Assembly (NCBI GenBank): GCA_038009385.1
Contig: JBBPCA010000011.1
Span: 12,479-52,478 of the forward strand
Direction of reading: 5' to 3'
Origin: Hydrogenobacter sp. RSW1
GTDB taxonomy: Bacteria; Aquificota; Aquificia; Aquificales; Aquificaceae
Length of the DNA: 40,000 nucleotides
In this document: positions 1 through 11,626 of the stretch, in pieces
Numbering within the stretch: position 1 is the first letter of the stretch
Layout of the letters: each line of letters begins with the position of its first letter
Notes under the pieces: generated by a model
The model's database searches: none
Told to the model about the DNA's origin: nothing
The model's input: only the letters and a program-made list of their open reading frames with translations
Program-made: the position numbers and the translations under genes

Positions 1-854
1 TCAGCTATGTCCTTTACCTTTTCCAAAAAAGGTCCAAAAAGCACAGGTTTGCGATGATAGGCAGGTTCTAAAAGATTATGTCCTCCTATATTCACAAGCG
101 TCCCACCAACAAAAGCTACATCCGCAAGAGAATATATCCCAAATAGTTCTCCTAAAGTATCAATCACCAGCACATCCCACTCTTCTTCCTTACTGGTTTT
201 AAGAGCACATTTAAAACCTTTAAATTTTTTCACCACCTCCTTAGCTCTTGAAACATGGCGAGGAGCTATTAAAAGCTTAAGGTCAGGAAAGATTTTTTTT
301 AATTCTCCAAAGGCTTCAAGAAGGATCTCCTCTTCTCCTCTATGAGTGCTACCCGCAACAAAGAATTTAGAGCCATTTTTCTGAATATCCAAGTGTTTTT
401 CCTGTGGGTTTTCAAAGATAAACTTTAGATTACCGCAACTTACCACTTGTTTGCATCCGTAGGACTCAAACCTCTCTTTGTCTCTTTCCGTTTTGGTAAC
501 GATAAGGTTAAACTTTTTACTCATAAATCGCTCGTATATGCCACCCTTTGCGTAAGCGTTAAGTAAAGCTTTTTTTGCTTTTGTAAAATGGATAAGAAAG
601 GGCCAAAACTCTCTTTCCACTATAAAAAGCATCTGTGCGGATATGCGTTTCTCAAAGTGCCTTACAGTAAAAGGTGTATCTAAAGGTAGTCTTTCTAAAG
701 TATGATAATATTGAGCTTGCTGACTTAAGTAGTTTTTAGCTCTTGGTGAAAAGTAGGTAAGGACTATGGTGTGTTCTTTTATAAGCTCTTTGAGAATAGG
801 TTTCACTGTGTTGAACTCTCCTACGCTGGCTACATGAAACCAAAGGGTTTTCAT
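1..854 (-). CDS. waaA: 3-deoxy-D-manno-octulosonic acid (Kdo) transferase, C-terminus cut off by the window edge
   Basis: Not in the supplied ORF track because it runs off the window. Reverse translation from the ATG at 854-852 gives MKTLWFHVASVGEFNTVKPILKELI..., and further on ...DIQKNGSKFFVAGSTHRGEEEILLEAFGELKKIFPDLKLLIAPRHVSRAK... The SVGE, STHxGEE and PRH motifs are typical of WaaA/KdtA (GT30). Its start overlaps the upstream ORF stop as ATGA (851-854). Confidence 0.85.
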   Translation of the reverse strand, partial: MKTLWFHVASVGEFNTVKPILKELIKEHTIVLTYFSPRAKNYLSQQAQYYHTLERLPLDTPFTVRHFEKRISAQMLFIVEREFWPFLIHFTKAKKALLNAYAKGGIYERFMSKKFNLIVTKTERDKERFESYGCKQVVSCGNLKFIFENPQEKHLDIQKNGSKFFVAGSTHRGEEEILLEAFGELKKIFPDLKLLIAPRHVSRAKEVVKKFKGFKCALKTSKEEEWDVLVIDTLGELFGIYSLADVAFVGGTLVNIGGHNLLEPAYHRKPVLFGPFLEKVKDIA

Positions 855-1318
855 GTAAAGTTCATGCTTGTTATGTAATCCGCCACTGTGGTTGCTGCAA
901 CAGACCGAGGTTTTACCACAGGCTTTAGCCCTTGAGCTAACACATAACCTATAGCTTCTTTGAGGATCACGCTGGAGTTGTGTTCTGGGTTAGGGTTTAT
1001 ATCCAAGTGCACCTCAAAGGGTCTTTTCCCCACCACATTAGATATCTCAAGAGCCATAAATACTGCTCTGCTGACCTCTTCCATAAGTCTCTGTCTTAAA
1101 GACTTGATCCTGTTTACCTTTTCCACACGCCAGAAGATCTTTGCCCCTCTACAGGAATCTATGTGTACCACTACAACAGTAACAAAAACAGTTTTTTCCC
1201 TTACCTGTCTTGAATCACAGCCCACATAAATAGCAGTATTCTCTGATGTGCCTTTTATGAATTCCTTCACCTCCTCCACATCCTTTATCATAGGCATAAG
1301 CTCAAACCCCTCTGCCAA
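851..1318 (-). CDS. DUF458 / YkuK-like predicted RNase H-fold protein
   Basis: 155-aa ORF. The pattern VGCDSRQ..FVTVVVVH..RGAKIF..EVHLDINPN..VKPRSVAATTVAD matches my recollection of the B. subtilis YkuK family (GTDSQ..FVTAV..H..GRGA..HLDIG..KPESYAAS). This is from memory, not searched. The true start may be Met8 or Met10. Confidence 0.55.
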   Translation of the reverse strand: MAEGFELMPMIKDVEEVKEFIKGTSENTAIYVGCDSRQVREKTVFVTVVVVHIDSCRGAKIFWRVEKVNRIKSLRQRLMEEVSRAVFMALEISNVVGKRPFEVHLDINPNPEHNSSVILKEAIGYVLAQGLKPVVKPRSVAATTVADYITSMNFT

Positions 1319-1628
1319 AATCTACATCTTTTACCCAAGTAGGTCTAAAAAATACCCAATCTTTTAGGTTTTCAAAGCTTTTTGAATAACACACCTCACA
1401 GATAAGCCCCTTATCCGTCAGCTTGGAATTATCATCACAACACTCGCTTAGATTCCAAAACTCGTAGTTGTCATGGAATATAATTTTTCCGCAGTTAATA
1501 CACTCATAAAGGGTGTAGCCTTTTAACTGAAGAAAAGCGGAGATGTCCTCACCTTCGGGTAGCTCCTCTACCTCAAGTATTCTTTTGAGAAAATCCTTTT
1601 GCTGCTTTGTAAGCTCACTTATCTTCAT
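1302..1628 (-). CDS. hypothetical Cys-rich (zinc-ribbon-like) protein
   Basis: 108-aa ORF with the cysteine clusters CINCGK, ECCDD and CEVC. It overlaps the downstream DUF458 ORF by 17 nt. No family recognised. Confidence 0.5.
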   Translation of the reverse strand: MKISELTKQQKDFLKRILEVEELPEGEDISAFLQLKGYTLYECINCGKIIFHDNYEFWNLSECCDDNSKLTDKGLICEVCYSKSFENLKDWVFFRPTWVKDVDFGRGV

Positions 1629-1653
1629 CAGTAAAAATTATACACATACAAAA

Positions 1654-1671
1654 TACCTTGGGTGAGAAATT
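1654..1671. repeat. IS left terminal inverted repeat
   Basis: TACCTTGGGTGAGAAATT. The reverse complement of 2475-2492 is TACCTCGGGTGAGAAATT, with one mismatch. Confidence 0.85.
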
Positions 1672-1758
1672 CAGAAAAGCTGGAAAAATCCTCTGACAAA
1701 GAGCCCCTAGTGGGCAGAGGTTTATAATAACCTCAAATCCCACTAAGGAGGTAGAACA

Positions 1759-2476
1759 ATGAATCACCTTAATAGTTTATACCAACAAGTGCTTTTGTCC
1801 ATCTCCATAGTCTTATCAGACTACGAAAAGCAAGTAAAAGTGGGAAGACCGCCAAAAGTCTCAGACTTACAAATAGCTTGCCTGTATGTCACTATACAGA
1901 AGGAGAATGAACTTGCTAATCTTGATTTTAAGCATCCTATCTGGAAAGGAAATAAAACTGATAGTTGATGGCACTATTCTAAGAGTTGCAAACATATACA
2001 GTGCACAAACAAGGAAAATAAAGAGAGTTGCTGGAAAGAAATTTTGGGCAAAAAGGAAAAGGAACATCTACAGCTGGGATTACCAAAGGAATGTAAGATT
2101 TGAAGAGGTTCATTATGGGCTTTTGGTAATGATTGTTTGCGATAGGAATGGAGTTGTTTATGACCTGTGGGTTCATCCTGCCAGCTATCACGAAGTGAAG
2201 TCTGTAAGAATAAGGTATCAAAAGAGTTTGTGGTTTAGGGCGCTTGCGGACAGCTTTTGTCCTATGGGTGATAGAGGGTATAGAGGTTTGGAGTATGTGC
2301 ATGTATGTGAGGATAAGCCAGAGAAAAGTGTTAGGCAAGTGGTAGAGGCTGTTAATTCTCAGATAAAGCTTTTCAACGGAGTTAGCAGATGGAGGAATAT
2401 TACGACTTTACTTGCTTACCTTCAGGGTTATACTGTTGGGTATAGTTTTTTCAGGAAGTCTTGGCTGTTTAAATAA
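1759..2476 (+). pseudogene. DDE transposase split over two frames (1759-1968 and 1886-2476)
   Basis: The N-terminal piece (..GRPPKVSDLQIACLYV..) and the catalytic piece are in frames offset by +1. The catalytic piece has IVDGT (D1), HYGLLVMIVCDRNG, MGDRGY (D2) and RQVVEAVNSQIK (E). No slippery heptamer is evident, so this is either a frameshift mutation, a sequencing error or unconventional recoding. Confidence 0.7.
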
Positions 2477-2492
2477 TTTCTCACCCGAGGTA
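2475..2492. repeat. IS right terminal inverted repeat
   Basis: AATTTCTCACCCGAGGTA, the inverted copy of 1654-1671 (17/18). Confidence 0.85.
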
Positions 2493-2668
2493 TAAGTAGA
2501 AAATTAATACAGAGACCCTTAAGTCCGCAACTTGATCACAGAAAAAAGGTTATACTGCCAGTCCTCTCCTTGAAGTGGAAGAATTTTTGAGTGCCCTTCC
2601 TAAGGCTCTAAACCCTAAAATCCCTTTCGTTTATTCTTTGATTTGTTCTTTTCTGGCTCCTCAGGCTA

Positions 2669-3190
2669 CTACTGCATAAACTCTTCAATCCAAGGTTCGT
2701 ACTCCATAACCTGCTGGAAGGTATAAGGACACTCTTTTGGAAAGTCTTCTTCCTTTGGAAACCTGTCAAAGTATTTTTTGGCTAAGTGTTTATTCTCGTC
2801 TTTCTTAAACCAAGTAATTAAGCCATTAACAGCCCTTCTCCAAGCCTTGTACAAACTTTCCCTTTCTTGCGCTATTCTTTTCAACGATGGTATTTCATCA
2901 AAGAGGTCTCTTAGTTCCTTTCTTGCTTCAAGAATGCTGTTTTTCCAACTACTACCCATATACTCATTTTCTCTGAAATGTTCCCACTTGTAGAGATGCT
3001 CCATAATGCGTGTCATATGACCAATCATACCTTCATAGTGTCTTTTAGCCATATCCTCAATCTCCTCTAAGAGGTTCTCCCAATCTACAAGCTCGTATTC
3101 TCTGTTTTTGAGGAGCTTTAGGTTCTCCAGTACCCACAAATAAAAGTCCTTTTCATAAAGCTCTTTAAGGTTTTGGGTTTTTTGTTCCAT
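2669..3190 (-). CDS. DUF29 family protein
   Basis: LYEKDFYLWVLENLKLLKNREYELVDWENLLEEIEDMAKRH is the characteristic DUF29 N-terminal signature (recalled from cyanobacterial and Aquifex homologues). I place the start at the ATG at 3190 (MEQKTQNLKELY) rather than the ORF-track start at 3262. Confidence 0.7.
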   Translation of the reverse strand: MEQKTQNLKELYEKDFYLWVLENLKLLKNREYELVDWENLLEEIEDMAKRHYEGMIGHMTRIMEHLYKWEHFRENEYMGSSWKNSILEARKELRDLFDEIPSLKRIAQERESLYKAWRRAVNGLITWFKKDENKHLAKKYFDRFPKEEDFPKECPYTFQQVMEYEPWIEEFMQ

Positions 3191-3321
3191 AGGTTTTAAT
3201 ATAAGCCCTGATCTTTCTTGGAGTATTACTCCAAACATGTGAACTAAATTCATTACAAGCATAAACGAAAAATCAAGGTCTTTGGTGAGAGTATTAGTTA
3301 TTCAGGATCAAAACTTACCAC

Positions 3322-4385
3322 TCAGAAAGCCTTACTTGCTTTAAGGCTAACATAATAACCCACACCCATCTGGATACCATTGAGCTTTTGATAGACAGGT
3401 TTGACAAAATCTATACCGATAGTAATACCCTTAATTTTAGCATTTAAACCGACGCCCACATCAACACGCTCACCGCCTTGATAATCTGGTTGAAAGTCTG
3501 GATCCTTGAAGGTAGGATGTTGAGAAAAGAACTCCTTGTTTAATTTATCTTCACCCTTTATCCCACCCCACTTGGAATATCTAACACTTACATTGGGCAC
3601 CAAAAGATCCGATAGCATATATCCGACCCATCCCACCGTGCCAAAAACGTGCCCAAACCTGTAGCCTTCTTTGTTCCTGCCAGTTCTGATGGTTGCGTTA
3701 GCCTGAAGCCCAGCTCCTAACTTGCCGTAGGTGTAAGTGTAAGTTAAGGACGGCAAAAGGTCATAGGTGCCAGAGCCTAATTGCATGCTGTATGCTCGCA
3801 AAGGCACCTCATCTTCATGTATCATATGTACATGAGTTTTATTGGTCTCCCCCGTAGGAAGACTTACACCCATACCAACTATAAGGCTATTGCCACCACC
3901 TTGTGCCACCAAATAATCAGCGGATAAGATGGTATCACCCAGCCCCCTTGAAGCATGATCCGTCTTTCCATCGTGATGAAACATCCTCATCTCCTTGTCC
4001 GTATACTGCACCATACCCATAACTGTCAATTTATCAGTAAGACCATACATTAGCTCCACCATGTGCATCTGCATTTTCATCCAGTCAGAAAACACATGCC
4101 CATGAGCTTTGGGATTGCCAGTTATTTCCTTTATTTTGCTGTTTATGATGCTGGCATCCGTGGGTAATTTGTGAGTGCCTGCATAGTAATTACCCATCCA
4201 CATATACATACACCTGTAAGTTAGCATAAACTGACCTTTTTGCATCACATGGTCTCTGCTTATATCCGCCGGGGAAACAAGGGTGCATTATGGAAGATAC
4301 CATGCTCGTGGGTGTGTACTTCTTGAGATAAGGATAAACCGCATACCGAAAACATTGAGAGACAACAAATATAAGCCTTCTTCAT
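3322..4385 (-). pseudogene. outer-membrane beta-barrel protein (MetA/transporter-like), apparently frameshifted near the 5' end
   Basis: The 308-aa ORF (3322-4248, GTG start) has alternating beta-strand-like sequence and ends in a C-terminal Phe (..SLKASKAF), but has no signal peptide. A separate 41-codon ORF (4385-4260) encodes a typical signal peptide plus His-rich start: MKKAYICCLSMFSVCGLSLSQEVHTHEHGIFHNAP.. Both frames are open only across 4263-4287, which contains CCGCCGGGG. Confidence 0.65.
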
Positions 4386-4459
4386 CTAATTTAATGTTAT
4401 TTTAGCTCAAGTTAAGCAACAAAGTAAATCTTGCCAAACTGAGCATATAATAAAGAGTT

Positions 4460-5344
4460 ATGGATGAAAGATTTAGAGAATCAGAAGAGGTAAGAAAACC
4501 GGAGGTGGTAGAGGAAAGCATATGGGTGGCCGGAGAAGCGGTAAAGAAAGCTCCCAAAATGTACGGTGTACCTACAGGTGTTGAAGGACTTGATGAGCTT
4601 TTCTTTACCGCAGAAGTTCAGGAAGGTAAGGTAATAAAAAAATCCTTAGGTGGCATACCGGCGTATTCAGTTACAAACATAACGGGCGTTTCTGATACAG
4701 GCAAAACTCTTATAGCGGAACAGTACACTATAACACAGGCAAAAAGAAACGAACCCGTAGCTTTTATAACCGTTGAAGCACCTGCACCTTTTGTGAGCGT
4801 AGGGTTGCGCGAAAGGGCAAAGGCTATGGGTATAGATTTTGAAAGTGTGCAAGATAGAATAATTCTCATAGATGCGGCAAGCCACTCAAAGTTAAGAGAA
4901 AACATCCCAGACTTACTTGCTACCTTAGCGCATGCCATAAAAACCTATAAGATAAGACATGTGGTGATAGACTCGGTTACAGGTTTGTATGAAGCAAAAG
5001 AGATGATGGCAAGGGTAATAGTAAGACAACTTTTTAATTTCATGAAGAAGTGGTACCAAACAGCCATATTTGTATCACAAAAAAGGAGTGGACACGAGGA
5101 ACTAACTGCGGAAGCAGCGGGTGGTTATGCGGTAAGCCATATAGTGGACTGTTCCATGGTGCTTTCTAAGGAACTGATCCTTACTCAGGCACAATCAAAG
5201 ATATACAAAAAACCAGTAGGGGAAATAGTCAGGCTTTTTCGGATAGATGGTTGTAGGCTTTGCGGACACGATACAAGCACACACTTCATGGAGATAACAG
5301 AGCTTGGTCTTGTGAGAATAGGTCCTGTCCTTTCTGCAGGATGA
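4460..5344 (+). CDS. single-domain KaiC/RadA-like RecA-superfamily ATPase
   Basis: Has GVPTGVEGLDELF...GGIPAYSVTNITGVSDTGKTLIAEQY (Walker A GVSDTGKT at 4685-4708), a Walker B-like RHVVIDSVTGLY, and FVSQKR. This is COG0467-type architecture. Confidence 0.75.
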   Translation: MDERFRESEEVRKPEVVEESIWVAGEAVKKAPKMYGVPTGVEGLDELFFTAEVQEGKVIKKSLGGIPAYSVTNITGVSDTGKTLIAEQYTITQAKRNEPVAFITVEAPAPFVSVGLRERAKAMGIDFESVQDRIILIDAASHSKLRENIPDLLATLAHAIKTYKIRHVVIDSVTGLYEAKEMMARVIVRQLFNFMKKWYQTAIFVSQKRSGHEELTAEAAGGYAVSHIVDCSMVLSKELILTQAQSKIYKKPVGEIVRLFRIDGCRLCGHDTSTHFMEITELGLVRIGPVLSAG

Positions 5345-6075
5345 TGTACCGCGTAAAAGCCTGTGGGATAACCCATAGAGGGAAGATAAGGGAAAAGAAC
5401 GAGGATGCTTTGCTTATAAACGACAAACTTATTCAGGAAGAGATGATGAGCTCTCCCTTATGTGTAGAGGAAGAAAAGGATTACTTTCTGTTTGCGGTGG
5501 CGGATGGATTGGGAGGGCATGCATGTGGTGAAAGGGCAAGCCTTATGGTCCTTAAGACTCTTATGGAGGAAAAACCCCACTCTGCAGAAAGTATAAATAT
5601 GGCTTTGCATAAAGCAAGAGATAACCTTGAAGCTTTTGCACAACAAAATCCTGATTATTACGGTCTTGGTTCCGCATTAGCTGGTCTGACCCTTACCCAG
5701 AAGGATATCATAGTATTCAATGTGGGGGACTGCAGGGTTTACGGTATAAAGGACAATAAGGCGGAAAAGCTCACTCAAGATCACACAGAGGTAGAAAGAT
5801 TAGTCAAGCTTGGCTACATCACGGAAAATCAGGCCAAACAACATCCCAACAGGCATATACTTACATCTGCACTTATCGGTTCTTCTTCCTTTAGGGAGTT
5901 TGAGGTTTTTATAAAGAGCGTAAAAGACTACAGAAGTTTTCTCATATGCTCTGATGGACTTTGGGAGCTTGTAGAGGATTACGAGCTAACATTACCACCT
6001 TCTGAGCTTATGGGTCTAGCTCTTTCAAGAGCCGCTACAGACAACATAACCCTTGTAAGGGTTGATATCATATGA
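5341..6075 (+). CDS. PP2C-family Ser/Thr protein phosphatase
   Basis: Motifs RGKIREKNEDA, FAVADGLGGHACGE, NVGDCRVY, ICSDGLW and DNITLVRV. The start is placed at the ATG at 5341, giving an ATGA overlap with the KaiC-like stop. The 27 upstream codons in the ORF track lie inside the previous gene. Confidence 0.85.
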   Translation: MMYRVKACGITHRGKIREKNEDALLINDKLIQEEMMSSPLCVEEEKDYFLFAVADGLGGHACGERASLMVLKTLMEEKPHSAESINMALHKARDNLEAFAQQNPDYYGLGSALAGLTLTQKDIIVFNVGDCRVYGIKDNKAEKLTQDHTEVERLVKLGYITENQAKQHPNRHILTSALIGSSSFREFEVFIKSVKDYRSFLICSDGLWELVEDYELTLPPSELMGLALSRAATDNITLVRVDII

Positions 6076-7325
6076 GGAGGTTTTTATTAATAACGCTTCT
6101 TTTTGTCATGAGCTGTGCAAAGGCTATTGATTTTAGCTCGCTTATTCTTCCGGAAGATGAAGAAATACGCATAGGGAAAAGCTACATACCTTATGCCATA
6201 GAAGAGAGCGACGGTCTATACCCGGACAAAAGAGTCCAAGAGTATGTCAGAAACATCGGTATGAGTATTGCAAAACATACACCCAGAAGACTACCTTATG
6301 AGTTTTTTGTAGTAAATTCAGAGGCGGTTAACGCCTTTGCACTTCCGGGGGGACCCGTATTTATCACGAGGGGACTTCTGCTTAAGCTAAATAGCGAGAG
6401 TGAGCTTGCAGGAGTGTTGGGACACGAACTTGGTCATATAAACGCAAGACATCATGCAAAGTTTTTAGAAAAGATGTATGCTATAAACCTGCTATTTAAC
6501 ATAAGTTCCGTTCTTTTGGCTGATAAACCTTATGCTCAGGCGCTTTTGCAGTTTGGTCAAGTGGGAGGTCAGCTTTTGGCTCTTAAGTTCAGCAGAGATC
6601 AGGAAAAACAGGCGGATGAACTTGGAGTTGTGTATGTGCTAAAAGCTGGGTATGACCCAAGGGGACTGTTGGGTGTTTTTGAAACTTTTAAAAAGATGGA
6701 AAGGACAAATGTGCCCGAATGGCTCCAAACACACCCTCTTCCTCAAAGTAGAATAGAGGATGTGCAAAGGGAGATAGAAAGCATAAAGCCCTCAGGAAGT
6801 TTCATATACGACACAGATGAGTTCCAAAACATTAAAAAGCTTTTGAAGCAAACAGAAGACTCTTACAGGGAGTTTTACGCAGGCAAGAGAGCTTATCAGC
6901 AGAAGAACTACTCAACGGCTCTCTCTCATTTCACCAGAGCCGTGGAACTTTACCATGATAACTACGAAGCGCACCTTTACATGGCTTACATACTTGCAAA
7001 GGAAGGCAGTACACCACAAGCACTTAGACAGGTTCAGACTGCTTACTCTATAATGCCCGAAGTTTTTTCTACAAACTATGTTTATGGTTTTGTGCTTTTC
7101 AAAATGGAGAAATACTCAGAATCCGTACAAAAACTTGAGAATGCCAGAAGGCTTATACCTGATTATGCAGACACTTACTATTACCTTGGCAGGAACTACG
7201 AAGCCCTAGGGAATATTTCAAAGGCAGTATATCACTACAAAACTGCTTTAGAGTTGTCCCAAGGTAAAGCAGAGTGGTCAAAAGATGCTCAAGAAAGGCT
7301 CAGAAGATTACAAAATATGTGGTAA
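6072..7325 (+). CDS. M48 family metallopeptidase with C-terminal TPR repeats, BepA/YfgC-like lipoprotein
   Basis: HELGHINARH zinc motif with a downstream EKQADELG. The N-terminus MRRFLLITLLFVMSCAK carries a lipobox-like MSC. The C-terminal half is TPR-like (YEAHLYMAYILAKEG.., YYYLGRNYEALGNISKAVYHYKTALEL). ATGA overlap with the PP2C stop (6072-6075). Confidence 0.8.
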   Translation: MRRFLLITLLFVMSCAKAIDFSSLILPEDEEIRIGKSYIPYAIEESDGLYPDKRVQEYVRNIGMSIAKHTPRRLPYEFFVVNSEAVNAFALPGGPVFITRGLLLKLNSESELAGVLGHELGHINARHHAKFLEKMYAINLLFNISSVLLADKPYAQALLQFGQVGGQLLALKFSRDQEKQADELGVVYVLKAGYDPRGLLGVFETFKKMERTNVPEWLQTHPLPQSRIEDVQREIESIKPSGSFIYDTDEFQNIKKLLKQTEDSYREFYAGKRAYQQKNYSTALSHFTRAVELYHDNYEAHLYMAYILAKEGSTPQALRQVQTAYSIMPEVFSTNYVYGFVLFKMEKYSESVQKLENARRLIPDYADTYYYLGRNYEALGNISKAVYHYKTALELSQGKAEWSKDAQERLRRLQNMW

Positions 7326-7360
7326 AATTTTGAGATGATCTGGATCACAGGAGGTGCGCA

Positions 7361-10262
<2,902 letters not shown>

Positions 10263-10312
10263 AGATAAGAATTTAACGCAAAATAAAAAAAGCGTAATAA
10301 AATAGTCTGTAC

Positions 10313-11626
10313 ATGATAGAACGCTACACAAGGGAAGAGATAGGAAAAGTATGGTCAGAGGTAAACAAGTTTAAAAAATGGCTACAGGTGGAGCTTGCAG
10401 TATGTGGTGCGTGGAATAAGTTAGGTAAGATACCAAATGAAGCCTTTGAAGAGATAAAGAAGAGAACCTTTATAAACGAGGAGGTAGTACAAAGGATAAA
10501 AGAGTATGAAAGGCTTTACAAACACGATGTGCTTGCCTTCATATCTGCTATATCCCAACAGATTCCCTCTTATTCTCACTACTTCCACATGGGTCTTACA
10601 TCTTCCGATGTGGTAGATACCGCTCTTGCATTGCAGATGAGGGAAGCCATGCAAATAATTCTTAAAGATGTTGACCTTGTGCTTGAAGAATTAAAAAAGC
10701 TTTCTTTTGAACATAAACACACCCTCATGATGGGAAGGACGCACGGTGTACATGCGGAACCCATAACTCTTGGTATAAAGTTTGCTGTATGGTATGACGA
10801 AATGAGGAGAAACAGAGAGAGGCTCATGAGAGCTTATGAGAGTATTTCTTACGGTAAGCTTTCTGGTGCTGTAGGAACATACTCAAACCTGGACCCAAAG
10901 GTCGAAGAAATAGCTCTTGAAAAGTTGGGACTAAATGTGGAGCCTGCAAGCACACAGATAGTACACAGGGACAGGCACGCAGACCTTATGTATGCTATCG
11001 CTTGCTGTGCTACATCCCTAGAGAAGTTTGCCACAGAAATAAGACACTTGCAGAGGACTGAGGTTTTAGAACTTCAGGAGCCTTTCACAGAAGGTCAAAG
11101 AGGGTCTTCTGCCATGCCTCACAAAAAGAATCCCATACACTCGGAACGCATATGCGGTCTTGCAAGGGTACTAAGGGCTAACCTTTTAGTAGCTCTTGAG
11201 AACATGGTGCTTTGGCACGAAAGAGACATATCCCACTCTTCTGCAGAGAGGATAATAATCCCTGATAGTACCATAGCCCTTGACTACATGCTAAACCTGT
11301 TTTTAGAGATACTAAAGGGTCTTGTGATAAACAAAGATAGAATGCTGAAAAACATGGAACTATCTTATGGACTTTACGCGTCTTCAAAGGTATTGGTAAT
11401 GCTCATGGAAAAAGGCATTGCAAGAGACAGGGCTTACAACATAGTTCAAAGGTGTGCCATGAAAAGTTGGCAAGAAGGTATACCTTTTAAAGAAGCACTA
11501 CTTCTTGATGAGGAAGCAAAGCTCCTACTGAGCATGCAAGACATAGAGTCCGCAACAGACCCAAGGAGTTTTCTAAGAAACATGGACCACATATACAAAA
11601 AGGTTTTTGGGCAAACAGATGGTTAA
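10313..11626 (+). CDS. purB: adenylosuccinate lyase
   Basis: MIERYTREEIGKVWSE.., GLTSSDVVDTA, GRTHGVHAEP and the fumarate-lyase signature SSAMPHKKNP. Confidence 0.92.
   Translation: MIERYTREEIGKVWSEVNKFKKWLQVELAVCGAWNKLGKIPNEAFEEIKKRTFINEEVVQRIKEYERLYKHDVLAFISAISQQIPSYSHYFHMGLTSSDVVDTALALQMREAMQIILKDVDLVLEELKKLSFEHKHTLMMGRTHGVHAEPITLGIKFAVWYDEMRRNRERLMRAYESISYGKLSGAVGTYSNLDPKVEEIALEKLGLNVEPASTQIVHRDRHADLMYAIACCATSLEKFATEIRHLQRTEVLELQEPFTEGQRGSSAMPHKKNPIHSERICGLARVLRANLLVALENMVLWHERDISHSSAERIIIPDSTIALDYMLNLFLEILKGLVINKDRMLKNMELSYGLYASSKVLVMLMEKGIARDRAYNIVQRCAMKSWQEGIPFKEALLLDEEAKLLLSMQDIESATDPRSFLRNMDHIYKKVFGQTDG

Larger units (their letters stand above)
1654..2492 (+). mobile_element. insertion sequence (~839 bp) with a DDE transposase of IS4/IS5/IS982-like type
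   Basis: Bounded by 18-bp terminal inverted repeats matching 17/18. Carries an internal transposase with a TATAAT-like hexamer and an AAGGAGG RBS upstream of the ATG at 1759. The transposase stop overlaps the right repeat by 2 nt. No clear target-site duplication seen. Confidence 0.8.

Noticed and set aside
1640-2500. Target-site duplication flanking the IS.
   Set aside because: The flanks read ..ACAAAA| and |TAAGTAG.., and I could not find a convincing 2-9 bp direct duplication at any plausible end definition.
2493-2668. A 176-bp non-coding gap between the IS and the DUF29 gene as a possible small RNA or regulatory element.
   Set aside because: I could not identify a stable hairpin, a known riboswitch core, or a promoter/terminator pair. 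It may simply be sequence displaced by the IS insertion.
5260-5340. The upstream extension of the PP2C ORF (MRTRYKHTLHGDNRAWSCENRSCPFCR) given in the ORF track.
   Set aside because: It lies entirely inside the KaiC-like coding sequence in another frame. The ATG at 5341 gives a canonical PP2C N-terminus and an ATGA junction.
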